Positions 27,870-37,362 are shown, numbered from the stretch's first letter. The stretch: DNA of 64,000 bases from an uncultured Thermoplasmata archaeon (GCA_963768855.1 CAVYJM010000011.1:128001-192000), one strand, 5' to 3'. Notes: generated from the sequence alone by a model not told the origin. Translations and numbers: made by a program.

Positions 27870-27963
27870 ACGTTTTCCTCGGCGAATCTAAGGGCACAAA
27901 GGTTTTATTGACCCTCGTTTCAATCACCGTCACTTCTGGGACACCGGTCCGAGGAGCCGTACC

Positions 27964-28323
27964 ATGGCCGACACCGCCGCAATCGAGACCATCCTTCACG
28001 AGATCGAGACGTCCGAAGGCGTCCAAGATGCCATCCTGGTGTCCCGGAACGGCACGTACATCGCGGGGACCGTCCCGAAGGCCGTCCACGTCGAGACGTT
28101 CGCGGCTATGTTCGCGATTCTCCTCGGCGCGGCGGAGAACTCGACCTCCGAGCTGAAGGAGGTCTTGGACAACGTCGTGATCAACCTCGAGACCAGCAAG
28201 ATGGTCATCGTCCACTGCGGCCCGAAGGCTCTCATCGTCCTCCGAATGCCCAAGGCCACGGACTCCCAGGGCATCAAACGCACCGTCGAGAAGTACATCG
28301 GGCGGATTGAGGACAACCTCTGA
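27964..28323 (+). CDS. Roadblock/LC7 domain protein
   Basis: 119 aa, LHEI...GVQDAILVSRNG.YIAG...AAM.A.L.GAAE pattern. Confidence 0.88.
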   Translation: MADTAAIETILHEIETSEGVQDAILVSRNGTYIAGTVPKAVHVETFAAMFAILLGAAENSTSELKEVLDNVVINLETSKMVIVHCGPKALIVLRMPKATDSQGIKRTVEKYIGRIEDNL

Positions 28324-28327
28324 CGCC

Positions 28328-28990
28328 TCAGATGCGCTTCATCCCGCGGGCGATCCATTCTCCCACGGCTTTCGGGACGTAGCGGAGCGTGCCGCTCGCG
28401 TCCCGGTCGAACCCCTGGGAGCGCGTCTTCCCCTTCCCGAGCACCTGCAGGACGTCGTCCGCCGAAGTGAGGCCGCCCTCGACCGCGGTCACGGCGCGCG
28501 CGACCTCGTCGAGGAAGTGGCTGTCGCTGCCGCCCGTCTCTCCCACGTGGGCTGCCCGCGCGCGTTGCCTCGCTCTCTCGTTCCCGCGCCTCAGCGTCCG
28601 GGCGTTCGACGTCTCGTAGGCGGGGAACCTAGCCTCGCCGAGCGCTTCGCCTCCGAGCCCGGACCAGTAGCGGAACGGATGGGCCGCCACGGCGACGCCC
28701 CCCAGGGCCGTGATGCGCTCGACGGTCTCCGCGACGGACCGGTCCCGCGGGACGACCTCCCGAACGCCGTAGGCGAGGACATGTCCTGCGGAGGTGGACA
28801 CCTCGACGCCGGGGAGGACGAGGAAGTCCTTCCCCGCGGCGCCCTCCGCTTCCGCGATCCCCGCCACGGCGTTGTGGTCCGTGATCGCGAGCCCCTGGAG
28901 TCCGATCCGCTTCGCCACGGCGACGAGCTCCGCGGGGGACACGCGGGAATCGGGAGAGAAGCGCGTGTGATTGTGGAGGTCGAGGAGCAT
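28328..28990 (-). CDS. PHP-domain metallohydrolase
   Basis: DLHNHT.FSPD, ITDHN, GVEVST..GH, AHPFR, GGSDSH. Confidence 0.92.
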   Translation of the reverse strand: MLLDLHNHTRFSPDSRVSPAELVAVAKRIGLQGLAITDHNAVAGIAEAEGAAGKDFLVLPGVEVSTSAGHVLAYGVREVVPRDRSVAETVERITALGGVAVAAHPFRYWSGLGGEALGEARFPAYETSNARTLRRGNERARQRARAAHVGETGGSDSHFLDEVARAVTAVEGGLTSADDVLQVLGKGKTRSQGFDRDASGTLRYVPKAVGEWIARGMKRI

Positions 28991-29075
28991 GGGCGGCCGC
29001 AGAAAGGGTTGAGGTCCTAAAACCTTGCGGGGCGTTCGCAGGGGTCCATCATGCCCTCACCGTCGCCATCAAGTC

Positions 29076-29731
29076 TCAGGAGACACGGCCGGGAGTCTCC
29101 GATGAGGCGAACGCGACGCGAGCGTCCCCTCGCGCCCTGCGAAGGACGATCGCTGTGACGAGGAAGAGGCCTGCGGCTGTCAAGGACAGGTACCAAGCCC
29201 ATCCCGCACCCCAATAGCGATACCCTCCCCTGTCTCATGCGTGAAGAAGGGCATGCTCCCCCAGAAGGTCGTCATCCAGTCGAGGCCATTCATGTCGGAT
29301 GCCTGCGCCGCTGGGAAGAACGCCATGACCGCAAGAGGCGCGGCGAGGTCCAACGTGCACGCGGCAAGCGCGATCCACGCTGCCCAGGGGCCGAGATGGG
29401 GCCGAGAGCGCATGCCCAGACAGAGGGCCAGCATTCCGACTCCCAGAATCAGCCCGGAACCCTCCAAGGCAGTGGCGGCGAGGAAGATGGACGCAGTCCG
29501 AGGCTGCAGGCTGTAGTTGTACACGACCGTCACCGTCTGACCCTTGGGTGTCGCAACCGTAGGCCCCGTCCAGGAGGAAGTGAACAACCCGTACTCCCAG
29601 TTCATCTGGAGGACATTGTCTGTGCCTCGGACGTCGACCGAGAACCACGGGCCGGCCAAGCTCAGGGCGCAGAGCGCGATCGCCGCGATCCCGAGGATGA
29701 CGACGATGCGTAGTCTCACAAGATGCCTCAT
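29076..29731 (-). pseudogene. Four-TM claudin-like membrane protein, frameshifted (or sequencing indel)
   Basis: TM1-PWF...YGLF-TM2-TM3-FWGS in one frame; TM4 WGAGWAWYLSL... continues in another frame after the C4 run at 29227-29230. Confidence 0.6.
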
Positions 29732-29875
29732 CCTGACGATGGGAGTGCGGCGATAAAGCCGTTCCGCCAAGCTCACTCGCGGTGCGGAGATCCAGCCGGA
29801 CGAAGAGGTTCCGCGCCTTCCTCCGATGGGCATTCCCAACCCGCTTTTATGCGGGCGGGAGTCCGTTTAGGAGCC

Positions 29876-30307
29876 GTGACCGTCGAAGCGCGGATCGGGA
29901 TCCTGAGGGACCGCCTCGTCGTGGAGGGGGTGGAGTACCCGATTCGGCACGAGGGCGGCGGATGGGTATCCGTCGCCTCATACGGTTCGCGCAATCGGAG
30001 CCGGGTTCGGTACGATGCGCTCCGGGACCGCATCCGAATCGAGACGTCGGGAGGGGCGCTCGCCATCCCGTTTCATTGGCGGCACACGACATTCGAATTC
30101 GCCGGACACCGGTACCGGGTCGGCCCGATGGCATGGGGGCACGTCATGGTCTCGAGGGATGACCGCCCCGTGGTCACCGGCCACGTGACGTTGAGCGGTG
30201 TCCGCCTCGGGTACGTGGCCCCGGAGCTCCAGCCCATTGCCAGTGAGCTCGCGGTGGGGCTCGCTTACCGGGCCATCGCGATCTGGCTGGCCTTTGGCGC
30301 CCGCTGA
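29876..30307 (+). CDS. Hypothetical beta-rich protein with C-terminal hydrophobic helix (paralog A)
   Basis: GTG start after GGAG; aligns by eye with the next ORF. Confidence 0.7.
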   Translation: MTVEARIGILRDRLVVEGVEYPIRHEGGGWVSVASYGSRNRSRVRYDALRDRIRIETSGGALAIPFHWRHTTFEFAGHRYRVGPMAWGHVMVSRDDRPVVTGHVTLSGVRLGYVAPELQPIASELAVGLAYRAIAIWLAFGAR

Positions 30308-30310
30308 TAT

Positions 30311-30811
30311 ATGGAATCATTTCCGACCTACCAAGCCTCCCTGGTCCATTGGGCCTTCGTGCCCGTCGAAGTGAGGCATCGCATCTGGCGCGACGGTCGC
30401 ATCCGAGTGGATGGCGTCCGCTCGAAGGTGCTCCGGGACACAGGCGGCTGGTACGTGGTCGAAGGGCCGCACGCCGGGGAGACGGCGCGGGTACTGTATC
30501 GAGACCTGCAGGACCTCGTTGTGATTTGCTGGGCCGAAGCTACCCTCCGCGTCCCCTTCCACGCCGGGGAAGGCCGCTTCGAATTGGAGGGACGCCCGTA
30601 TCACATCGCGAACATGATCGAGGGCGAGATCCGCATCGACCAAGAAGGCCGCTCCGTGGCCCGAGGCCATGTCACGGCCGCGGGCGTGCACCTCGAGTCC
30701 GTCAGTGTCGAGCTCCTTCCGATCATCCGCCCACTCGCCTGGGCGCTCGCTCTCCGGAGCGAGATCGTCGGTCGCGAGAACCGGTTCGCCTCCGTCGCGA
30801 CTGCCGGCTGA
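30311..30811 (+). CDS. Hypothetical beta-rich protein with C-terminal hydrophobic helix (paralog B)
   Basis: ATG 3 nt after the paralog A stop; shared GGW.V, PFH, FE..G..Y, GHVT..GV.L, EL.PI motifs. Confidence 0.75.
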   Translation: MESFPTYQASLVHWAFVPVEVRHRIWRDGRIRVDGVRSKVLRDTGGWYVVEGPHAGETARVLYRDLQDLVVICWAEATLRVPFHAGEGRFELEGRPYHIANMIEGEIRIDQEGRSVARGHVTAAGVHLESVSVELLPIIRPLAWALALRSEIVGRENRFASVATAG

Positions 30812-32950
30812 TCAATGAACCCAGGTCCCTTCCTTGAGTCCCTTGTCAACCTTGAGGTACGCGTCTCCGCTCTTCAGAGGGATGCGGACCTCGTCCTTCT
30901 GGCCAAGGAAGTACACGTGGCCCTCCTCGCCGACCCGCAACTTGTACTTCTGGAACTCGGAGAACGGTAGCTCCGGCGCGTCGGGGACGCCGAGGATCTG
31001 CGTGCCGACCGCCGCATCGTCGGGCGGCAGCACCAGGCCGACGACATGCTCGTCCTCTCCCGCGAGGAGCATCCCGCGGCTCTCCACGCCGCGGAGCTTG
31101 GCGGGTTGCAGATTCAGTAGGTACGCGATCTTGCGACCGCGAAGCTGCTCCGGCGTGTAGTCATTCTTGATCCCGGAGACGATCTCCCTCGTCCCGGTGC
31201 CGTAGTCGACCGTAAGGATGTAGAGCTTGTCCGCGTTCGGGTGGTCCTTCGCCTCGAGGATCTTCGCGACCCGTACATCGAACCGGGCATCCGGAGCCTC
31301 GGGCCCCTCCGCCTCCAGTTCGATCTTCGCGAAGAGCGGTCTGCCGACGCGGAGTCTTTGCGCTGTGCGCACGTCCTCGAGCGCCTCTTCCCACTTCTGA
31401 CCGTGGACGTCGGAATCGTAGCCCAAGGCATGCCACAACCGCTGCGCGCTGAAGGGGAGGAACGGTGCGGTCAGGAGGGCTAGGGAGCGCGCGACTCGGA
31501 GCGACACGTGGAGCGCCGTGCCGCATGCGGCCCGGTCCTTGCGGACGAGGTCCCACGGCGCTTTCTGGTCGAAGTACTGGTTCGCGAGCCGCGCGAGCTG
31601 GATCGCTTCCTTGAGGGCATCCTTGAGGTGCACGTATTCGAGGTTCTGTCCGACTTTCTTCCATTGATCCTCGATGGCTCGGACCATGGCTTTGTCCGTG
31701 GCGTCCAGGAACCCCGCGGGCGGGATCGCGTGGTCGAAGTTCTTGTCCGCGAACGTGAGCGCGCGGTGGACGAAGTTGCCGTAGACCGCGAGTAGCTCGC
31801 TGTTGTTGCGCTGCGCGAAGTCCTCCCACTCAAAGTCCGTGTCCTTCGACTCGGGCATCGTGGCGATTCCGTAGTACCGCAGCTGGTCCGGGTCGAACCG
31901 TTCGAGCAGATCGGACAGCCAGACGCCCTTCCCCCGCCCCGCACTCATCTTCTCGCCGGAAATGTTCAGGAACTGGGTCGCTGGGACATCGAAGGGCAGG
32001 CCGAGCTTTGGATCGTAGGCCATGAGGATGGCGGGCCAGATGATCGAGTGGAAGACGATGTTGTCCTTCCCGATGAAATAGTACTGCTTGGCGGCGGGAT
32101 CGTACCAGAAGTCCTTCCAGCCCTCCGGGTTCCCGTGGAGCTTGAACCACTCCTTCGTCGCGGTGAGATAGCCCATGACCGCTTCGAACCACACGTAGAT
32201 GCGCTTCGTCTCGTAGCCGGGGACGGGGACCTCGATGCCCCATTCCAGATCGCGCGTCACGGGGCGGTCCCGGAGCCCCTCCTGGAGCCAGCTCCGGGTG
32301 AAGCTCAGGACGTGGGTGCGCCAGTGGTCCTTTCCCGTGGAGGTCCAGCGCTTCAGCGGCTCCTCGAACGCGCTCAGGCGGAAGAAGAAGTGTCTCGTCT
32401 CCTTCTTCACCGGGGTCGTGCCGTGGATCCGGCAGTGGGGATTGGTCAACTCGAAGGGATCCCAGAGCCTGCCGCAGCGATCGCACTGGTCGCCGCGGGC
32501 GCGCTCGAAGCCGCAGTTCGGGCATGTCCCTTCGACGTACCGGTCCGGCAGGAAGTGGTTCCCCGTGGGGCAGTACGGGGAGGTCATCGTGGCCTCGTAG
32601 ATGTGCCCCTTCTCCTTCAGCCGGAGGAAGATCTCCTGGACCCACGCCTTGTGGTCCTCCGCTGCGGTGTTCCAGTACAGGTCATACTTGACCCCGAGTT
32701 GCTCGATGTTCTTCGTGTGGAGGGCATGGAACCGTTCCGCGACCTCGCGGGCCGTGACCCCCTCCTCGTCGGCCCGGACCATCGTGGGCGTGCCGTGCAT
32801 GTCGCTTCCGCCCACCATGAGGACCTCGTCGCCCTTCATGCGGTGGTACCGGGCGACCACGTCGGCGGGGATGAATGTGGAGATGGCGTGTCCAAGGTGC
32901 CGGGGCCCCGACGCATAAGGCCAGGCGACGCAGACGAGGATCTTGGCCAT
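30812..32950 (-). CDS. metG: Methionine--tRNA ligase with C-terminal OB tRNA-binding domain
   Basis: WPYASGPRHLGH, GSDMHGT, CP.C...ARGDQC, YVWFEA, KMSAG, HPNADKL. Confidence 0.98.
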   Translation of the reverse strand: MAKILVCVAWPYASGPRHLGHAISTFIPADVVARYHRMKGDEVLMVGGSDMHGTPTMVRADEEGVTAREVAERFHALHTKNIEQLGVKYDLYWNTAAEDHKAWVQEIFLRLKEKGHIYEATMTSPYCPTGNHFLPDRYVEGTCPNCGFERARGDQCDRCGRLWDPFELTNPHCRIHGTTPVKKETRHFFFRLSAFEEPLKRWTSTGKDHWRTHVLSFTRSWLQEGLRDRPVTRDLEWGIEVPVPGYETKRIYVWFEAVMGYLTATKEWFKLHGNPEGWKDFWYDPAAKQYYFIGKDNIVFHSIIWPAILMAYDPKLGLPFDVPATQFLNISGEKMSAGRGKGVWLSDLLERFDPDQLRYYGIATMPESKDTDFEWEDFAQRNNSELLAVYGNFVHRALTFADKNFDHAIPPAGFLDATDKAMVRAIEDQWKKVGQNLEYVHLKDALKEAIQLARLANQYFDQKAPWDLVRKDRAACGTALHVSLRVARSLALLTAPFLPFSAQRLWHALGYDSDVHGQKWEEALEDVRTAQRLRVGRPLFAKIELEAEGPEAPDARFDVRVAKILEAKDHPNADKLYILTVDYGTGTREIVSGIKNDYTPEQLRGRKIAYLLNLQPAKLRGVESRGMLLAGEDEHVVGLVLPPDDAAVGTQILGVPDAPELPFSEFQKYKLRVGEEGHVYFLGQKDEVRIPLKSGDAYLKVDKGLKEGTWVH

Positions 32951-33116
32951 GGCGGTCCGGCCCACCGCGGACATGTCATTTAAGGATTCTCTGGACCGAC
33001 GGTCCTCCCGGTGGCCTCGTGCGTAATCATTACCGATTATCATATCGTGCGAGCCACGGGCCGCCCATTATCACTAGGGACGTCAATGTCTGCACACTTC
33101 CTGAAGGGGCGATTCC

Positions 33117-33722
33117 ATGGAAATCCACCGACTGAGCCCTGAGGACACGAGCGGAATCCGTGAGGCGATGCCCGCCGACGGGCGGACTCCGCGGATCCTA
33201 TGTTGGCACTGCAAGAAGCTCACCCCATTCCACGAGGAGCGGTGCGAGTTCTGCGGGGCGCGGTTCGCTGGGAGTACGGGGGGAGTGTACGCGAACTCCC
33301 GGATCTCCGTCGCCTCGGTCCCTTCAATTCCGGAGGATGACGAGGAGCTTGTCGAGGCCCGGCGAAGCCTGCTCCAGCTGTTCGAAGACCTCCAGCGGGT
33401 CCACGACGTGTCCTCGGCTCACCATTACGACCCGGTCCGCGAGGAGGAGACGATCACCCTGTTCCAGTGCCCCTCCTGCGGCCGCTTCGTGGCGGAGGAT
33501 GCGGCCGACTGCGTTTGTGGTGTCCGCTTCTCCGCGGAGGCCGTGAACTCGGTGTGCCCGCGATGCGGCTCCCAGGTCTCGGCACCCGGCGCGGCCTGTG
33601 GGATCTGTCACGGACGCCCCGATGAGGAGGCGTCTGATCTCCTGTACGCCTGCCCGCTCTGCGGTGCCGAGGTTTCCGCGGACGCCGTGCTCTGCGCGTG
33701 CGGGGCCCGGTTCGAGGCTTGA
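33117..33722 (+). CDS. Multi zinc-ribbon protein
   Basis: Eight CxxC/CxC pairs (CWHC, CEFC, CPSC, CVC, CPRC, CGIC, CPLC, CAC). Confidence 0.75.
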   Translation: MEIHRLSPEDTSGIREAMPADGRTPRILCWHCKKLTPFHEERCEFCGARFAGSTGGVYANSRISVASVPSIPEDDEELVEARRSLLQLFEDLQRVHDVSSAHHYDPVREEETITLFQCPSCGRFVAEDAADCVCGVRFSAEAVNSVCPRCGSQVSAPGAACGICHGRPDEEASDLLYACPLCGAEVSADAVLCACGARFEA

Positions 33723-33859
33723 AATCTGCCCGCGGATCTCTGCGTCCTTGTGGACTGCGTCGTACGTCTCCTGGCCAGGACGCGGGGTCTTGTTTCTCAA
33801 ACCGGATAGGCGGGAAGAAACTCATATACCGGACGACGTCGCAGGATGCCTTGCGTCTC

Positions 33860-34261
33860 ATGTCGACGAGCCTCGTCTCGGTGAGTGATTGTCCGATTTG
33901 CGGCGCCCGCGTCCCTCCGGATGCCCAGGAGTGCTTTCGCTGCGGTGAGAGTCTCGTGGCACCGCCGGTCGAGGCCACCGACACGGAAGCCGGGCCGAAG
34001 GCGGTCGCCGGATTCCGCGAGAAGTTCCTGTACTACGCGGGCATCGCGTTCATCCTCCTAGGTGGTCCGGGGATCGCGCTGGGGTCGTGGCTCCACGATG
34101 CCCTTCGTATCTCCTACCTGAACTACACCTCGTTCGACGTGTTCGGACCCGTGAACCGGCTGGTCCTGGGTCTGGGCCTCATCGTGATGATCGTCGGCGT
34201 GGTGTTCTTGATCCTTTCGTTACGACTCTCTCGCCCCGCGGATATCGAGGATGCTGCCTGA
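33860..34261 (+). CDS. Zinc-ribbon membrane protein (2 TM)
   Basis: CPICGA...ECFRCG followed by two hydrophobic helices. Confidence 0.75.
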   Translation: MSTSLVSVSDCPICGARVPPDAQECFRCGESLVAPPVEATDTEAGPKAVAGFREKFLYYAGIAFILLGGPGIALGSWLHDALRISYLNYTSFDVFGPVNRLVLGLGLIVMIVGVVFLILSLRLSRPADIEDAA

Positions 34262-34293
34262 GCCGGCCCCGACGAGATTTTAGGAAAACCTCA

Positions 34294-34358
34294 TTTATAA
34301 ATACCGTGCACGCCGTTCGGACGGCCGGCCGCGACTACGGCCGGCAAGAGGAGGGTGT
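34294..34358 (+). promoter_or_regulatory. TRAM gene promoter and structured 5' UTR
   Basis: TTTATAAA at 34294; hairpins 34312-34325 and 34324-34345; AGGAGGG SD. Confidence 0.55.
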
Positions 34359-34580
34359 ATGTCGTTTAGTGGTGCGGGTTTCAAGCCTCCTTCCCTCCCC
34401 GTCGAGGAGGGGAAGGTCTACGACGCGAAGATTGAGGACATCGGCCGCGAAGGAGACGGTCTCGCGCGGATCCAGAACTTCGTCGTGTTCGTCCCCGGGA
34501 CGAAGATCGGGGATGCAGTGAAGGTCCGCATCACCAAGGTGCATCGCCGCATGGCGTTCGGGGAAGTCGTCAAGGAGTGA
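34359..34580 (+). CDS. Single TRAM-domain RNA chaperone
   Basis: PVEEG..Y...IEDIGREGDG.ARI..FVVFVPG...GD.V.V.I. Confidence 0.95.
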   Translation: MSFSGAGFKPPSLPVEEGKVYDAKIEDIGREGDGLARIQNFVVFVPGTKIGDAVKVRITKVHRRMAFGEVVKE

Positions 34581-34713
34581 TTCGGGGCCTCATCCGGCAC
34601 CCCTCGGCGGGGTGTCGACCCGGCTTCCGAATAGACCGGGGGCGAAGACCTTCGTGAAGTGTCCCATAATCTCTTTATATACTCGCCTCAATCGAATTCC
34701 CGAGGTCGGACCG

Positions 34714-35802
34714 ATGGCCCTCCGCCGGCGTTCCACCATCGCCCTTGCCATTTCCCTTGCCGCCGCATTGGCCCTGAGCGGGGCTGAGTTGCTCAGCGAT
34801 GCAGCGCACGCCTCGACTGTATCGCCCGAGAGTTCGAGCGTCGCTTCCCAGGTCCGGCGGAACGTGACCTTCGTCCTCCCGCCGAAGGCGCCCCGCACGC
34901 TCTTCATTGACAGCCGGTCGGTCGACGCGCCGTCGCCCGATGAATTCCAGATCACGTACGCGGACGGGAACTTCACCCTCAGCTACCGGCGCACCCAGGG
35001 CGGTCCGATCACGAGCCAGTACACGCTGACGGTCCGGGGCCTGGTCGAGTGGAACGACACGCACGGGGACGGGCGGATGGAGGACGGGTCGATTGTCGCC
35101 TACACGCCCATGGGGCCCGGAGCGTTCGGGCGCTATGCGATCCAGCACAACCAGAGGACGACCGGGGACGGCATCGCCGTCAACTCCTTCGTGATCGTGA
35201 GCAACCGCGGCGACCTCACCCTGAACCTCACCATCACCGACGGCTTCCTCACGCTTCCTTCGGGCCAGAACCTCACTCCGATGGAGGCGAAGGTGACCCT
35301 GGCCATCCTCCACAACATGACGAGGCCCGACACGCACCTGTCCCTCCAGCTGGGCCTGAGCACAGACCAGAGGATTAGCCTCGAGAACCGAAGCTGGGAC
35401 GACCTGAATGATTTCAGCAGCGATGACCGCGCCCTCAACGTATCGAACGAGGTCGGCTCCGCCTCCTCGGCGGCGTTCTTCGCCTGGTCCAACTCGGCTT
35501 CCGTCAACGGCCAGCCCGGCCCGGTGACGACCTCCGGACCCGATGTCAACGGCACCTCCGGAGACTACGACTTCTACCTCTCCTACGCGCGCCCGACCAC
35601 GGACCTGCAGCTCCGCGTGGTCCACGATCCTGCGATGGGCGTGGTCAGCGCTGCCTACCTGAGCACGCTCCACCCGGGCCCGGGTCCGGCCCTCCCGTTC
35701 GTGGGGGACGCCCTCTTGTACGGGGTCTCCCTGGCGGGGATTGCGGCCCTCCTCGGAGCAACCGCCATCTTGGTGAACCGGCGGCGGCGCAAGGACCTGT
35801 GA
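34714..35802 (+). CDS. Secreted beta-rich protein with C-terminal membrane anchor
   Basis: Signal peptide, VVHDP motif, C-terminal TM then RRRRK; many N-x-S/T sequons. Confidence 0.75.
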   Translation: MALRRRSTIALAISLAAALALSGAELLSDAAHASTVSPESSSVASQVRRNVTFVLPPKAPRTLFIDSRSVDAPSPDEFQITYADGNFTLSYRRTQGGPITSQYTLTVRGLVEWNDTHGDGRMEDGSIVAYTPMGPGAFGRYAIQHNQRTTGDGIAVNSFVIVSNRGDLTLNLTITDGFLTLPSGQNLTPMEAKVTLAILHNMTRPDTHLSLQLGLSTDQRISLENRSWDDLNDFSSDDRALNVSNEVGSASSAAFFAWSNSASVNGQPGPVTTSGPDVNGTSGDYDFYLSYARPTTDLQLRVVHDPAMGVVSAAYLSTLHPGPGPALPFVGDALLYGVSLAGIAALLGATAILVNRRRRKDL

Positions 35803-35845
35803 CGAAGCCTTAACCTACGAGGCCTCTATCAGTCACGGTCCTTCC

Positions 35846-36112
35846 ATGGTCGCCGTCGTGAACATCCTGCTGGCCGCCGTCACCGTGGTCGCCTTCGCCC
35901 TCTGCGCGATCTCGCTCTTCGCGTGGCGGCGTGCGCGGGATACCCACTTGATTCTGCTTGGGACCGCCTTTGCCATCTTTTTCGCGAAGGGCCTGTTCCT
36001 GACCATCGCCCTGTTCGCGGGATGGTCGGATCTGGCCCAGCTCCTCGTCCTCTCCTCGGTCTTCGATCTGGTGATCCTCGCCCTGTTCTACGGCTTCACG
36101 TTGAGGCGATGA
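35846..36112 (+). CDS. Small three-TM membrane protein
   Basis: 88 aa hydrophobic, AWRRARD, ends LFYGFTLRR; upstream of a wHTH gene. Confidence 0.75.
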   Translation: MVAVVNILLAAVTVVAFALCAISLFAWRRARDTHLILLGTAFAIFFAKGLFLTIALFAGWSDLAQLLVLSSVFDLVILALFYGFTLRR

Positions 36113-36128
36113 CCGTCTTGGGGATTCG

Positions 36129-36674
36129 ATGGACGAGGATGTCCTAGCCGTCAAGACGCGCCGCGACCTGTACCAGTACGTCCGTTCGAACCCCGGGTTT
36201 CACCTGCGGGAGATCGCCCGCGTGTTAAACCTCTCCATCACCCTCGCCGACTACCACCTGCGGTTCCTCGAGAAGAACGAGCTGGTCTCGTGGACCATGG
36301 ACGGTGAGTACAAGCGGTACTATCCGCGCTCCCTGCCCGGCGACACGGGGGGACGGCCCGCCCTCTCCGACGACGCGAAGCGCGTGCTCGCGTACCTCCG
36401 CCAGCCTGTCCCCTTCCGCATCCTCGCCTTCCTCATGGAGCGGGAGGCCGCCACGCACAAGGACATCCTGGAGCATGTCCCCGTGTCCCCCTCGACCCTG
36501 TCGCACCACCTGAAGAAGATGCAAAGCGCCGGGATCCTCACCCGGGCAGTGGACCGCAGCGGATACCGCGTTGCGAACCCTCACTCCGTCGCGCGCATCA
36601 TGTCGACCTACGACCTTGCGACCCCGGACCAGGTCGGCACGTGGGTCCGCGTGTGGGGCGAGTTCCGCCTCTGA
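36129..36674 (+). CDS. Double winged-HTH (ArsR/MarR-like) transcription regulator
   Basis: RRDLYQYV..NPG.HLREI.R.L...DYHL..LE and a second HTH STLSHHLKKM..AGIL. Confidence 0.88.
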   Translation: MDEDVLAVKTRRDLYQYVRSNPGFHLREIARVLNLSITLADYHLRFLEKNELVSWTMDGEYKRYYPRSLPGDTGGRPALSDDAKRVLAYLRQPVPFRILAFLMEREAATHKDILEHVPVSPSTLSHHLKKMQSAGILTRAVDRSGYRVANPHSVARIMSTYDLATPDQVGTWVRVWGEFRL

Positions 36675-36894
36675 GCACCGTTATGCCGAGGCGTTCGATC
36701 GACGGTGCGGGAGTCGCTTCAGGCTCAGGTTGAGTGGAGTCCACTAGTTCCCCCTCCGTCTTTTGACGGGTGATAATGCAACCTATGTCACAGCGTTTTG
36801 GGTCGATGCTCGAATTCTTGGGACCGCCTCGTTCGGATAACCGAAAATCGTCATCTTTCGACGTATTCTACGGGACAATCGTGGACGGTCCGAA

Positions 36895-37362
36895 TCACAG
36901 GATTCCGGCGAGTTCTTCCGCGGCCCAGGCGAGGAACTCTCGGTCTCTCGGCGCGAACGCGTCGAGCTGGTCGGAATCGATATCGATCTCAGCCACCGGG
37001 GTCCCGCCCTTCAGGACAGGGACCACGATCTCGGAACGGGTGTTGATGAAGCATTGAAGGTAGCGGGAATCCGCGTTCACGTCGGGGACGACGATGGTTT
37101 CCTTCGCCGCGACGGCGGCCCCGCAGATGCCTTCGCCGACCGGGATCCGCGTGTGCAGGGTCGCAGTCGGGCCCGACCAAGAAGCGAGGACCAGGTCGGT
37201 TCCCTGTATCTCGTAGATGCCCACCCATGTGTAGTGCGGGATCTTGCGGAGCTCGCGGCAGAGGAAGTCGGTGATCGCTTTCTTCTGGCTCCCAGAATGG
37301 ATGATCTTCCCGAGGCGTTCCGCGAGCGCGTCATAGCTGACCTTTCCCTTCTCGCCCGCCAT
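36895..37362 (-). CDS. msrC: GAF-domain free methionine-R-sulfoxide reductase (MsrC-like)
   Basis: WVGIY, RIPVGEGICGAA, DV......QC...RSEIVVP, EIDIDS. Confidence 0.8.
   Translation of the reverse strand: MAGEKGKVSYDALAERLGKIIHSGSQKKAITDFLCRELRKIPHYTWVGIYEIQGTDLVLASWSGPTATLHTRIPVGEGICGAAVAAKETIVVPDVNADSRYLQCFINTRSEIVVPVLKGGTPVAEIDIDSDQLDAFAPRDREFLAWAAEELAGIL

Noticed and set aside
36587-36745. Short minus-strand ORF after a G-rich SD-like run (MDSTQPEPEATP...)
   Set aside because: It overlaps the 3' end of the wHTH gene antisense and has no recognisable protein character
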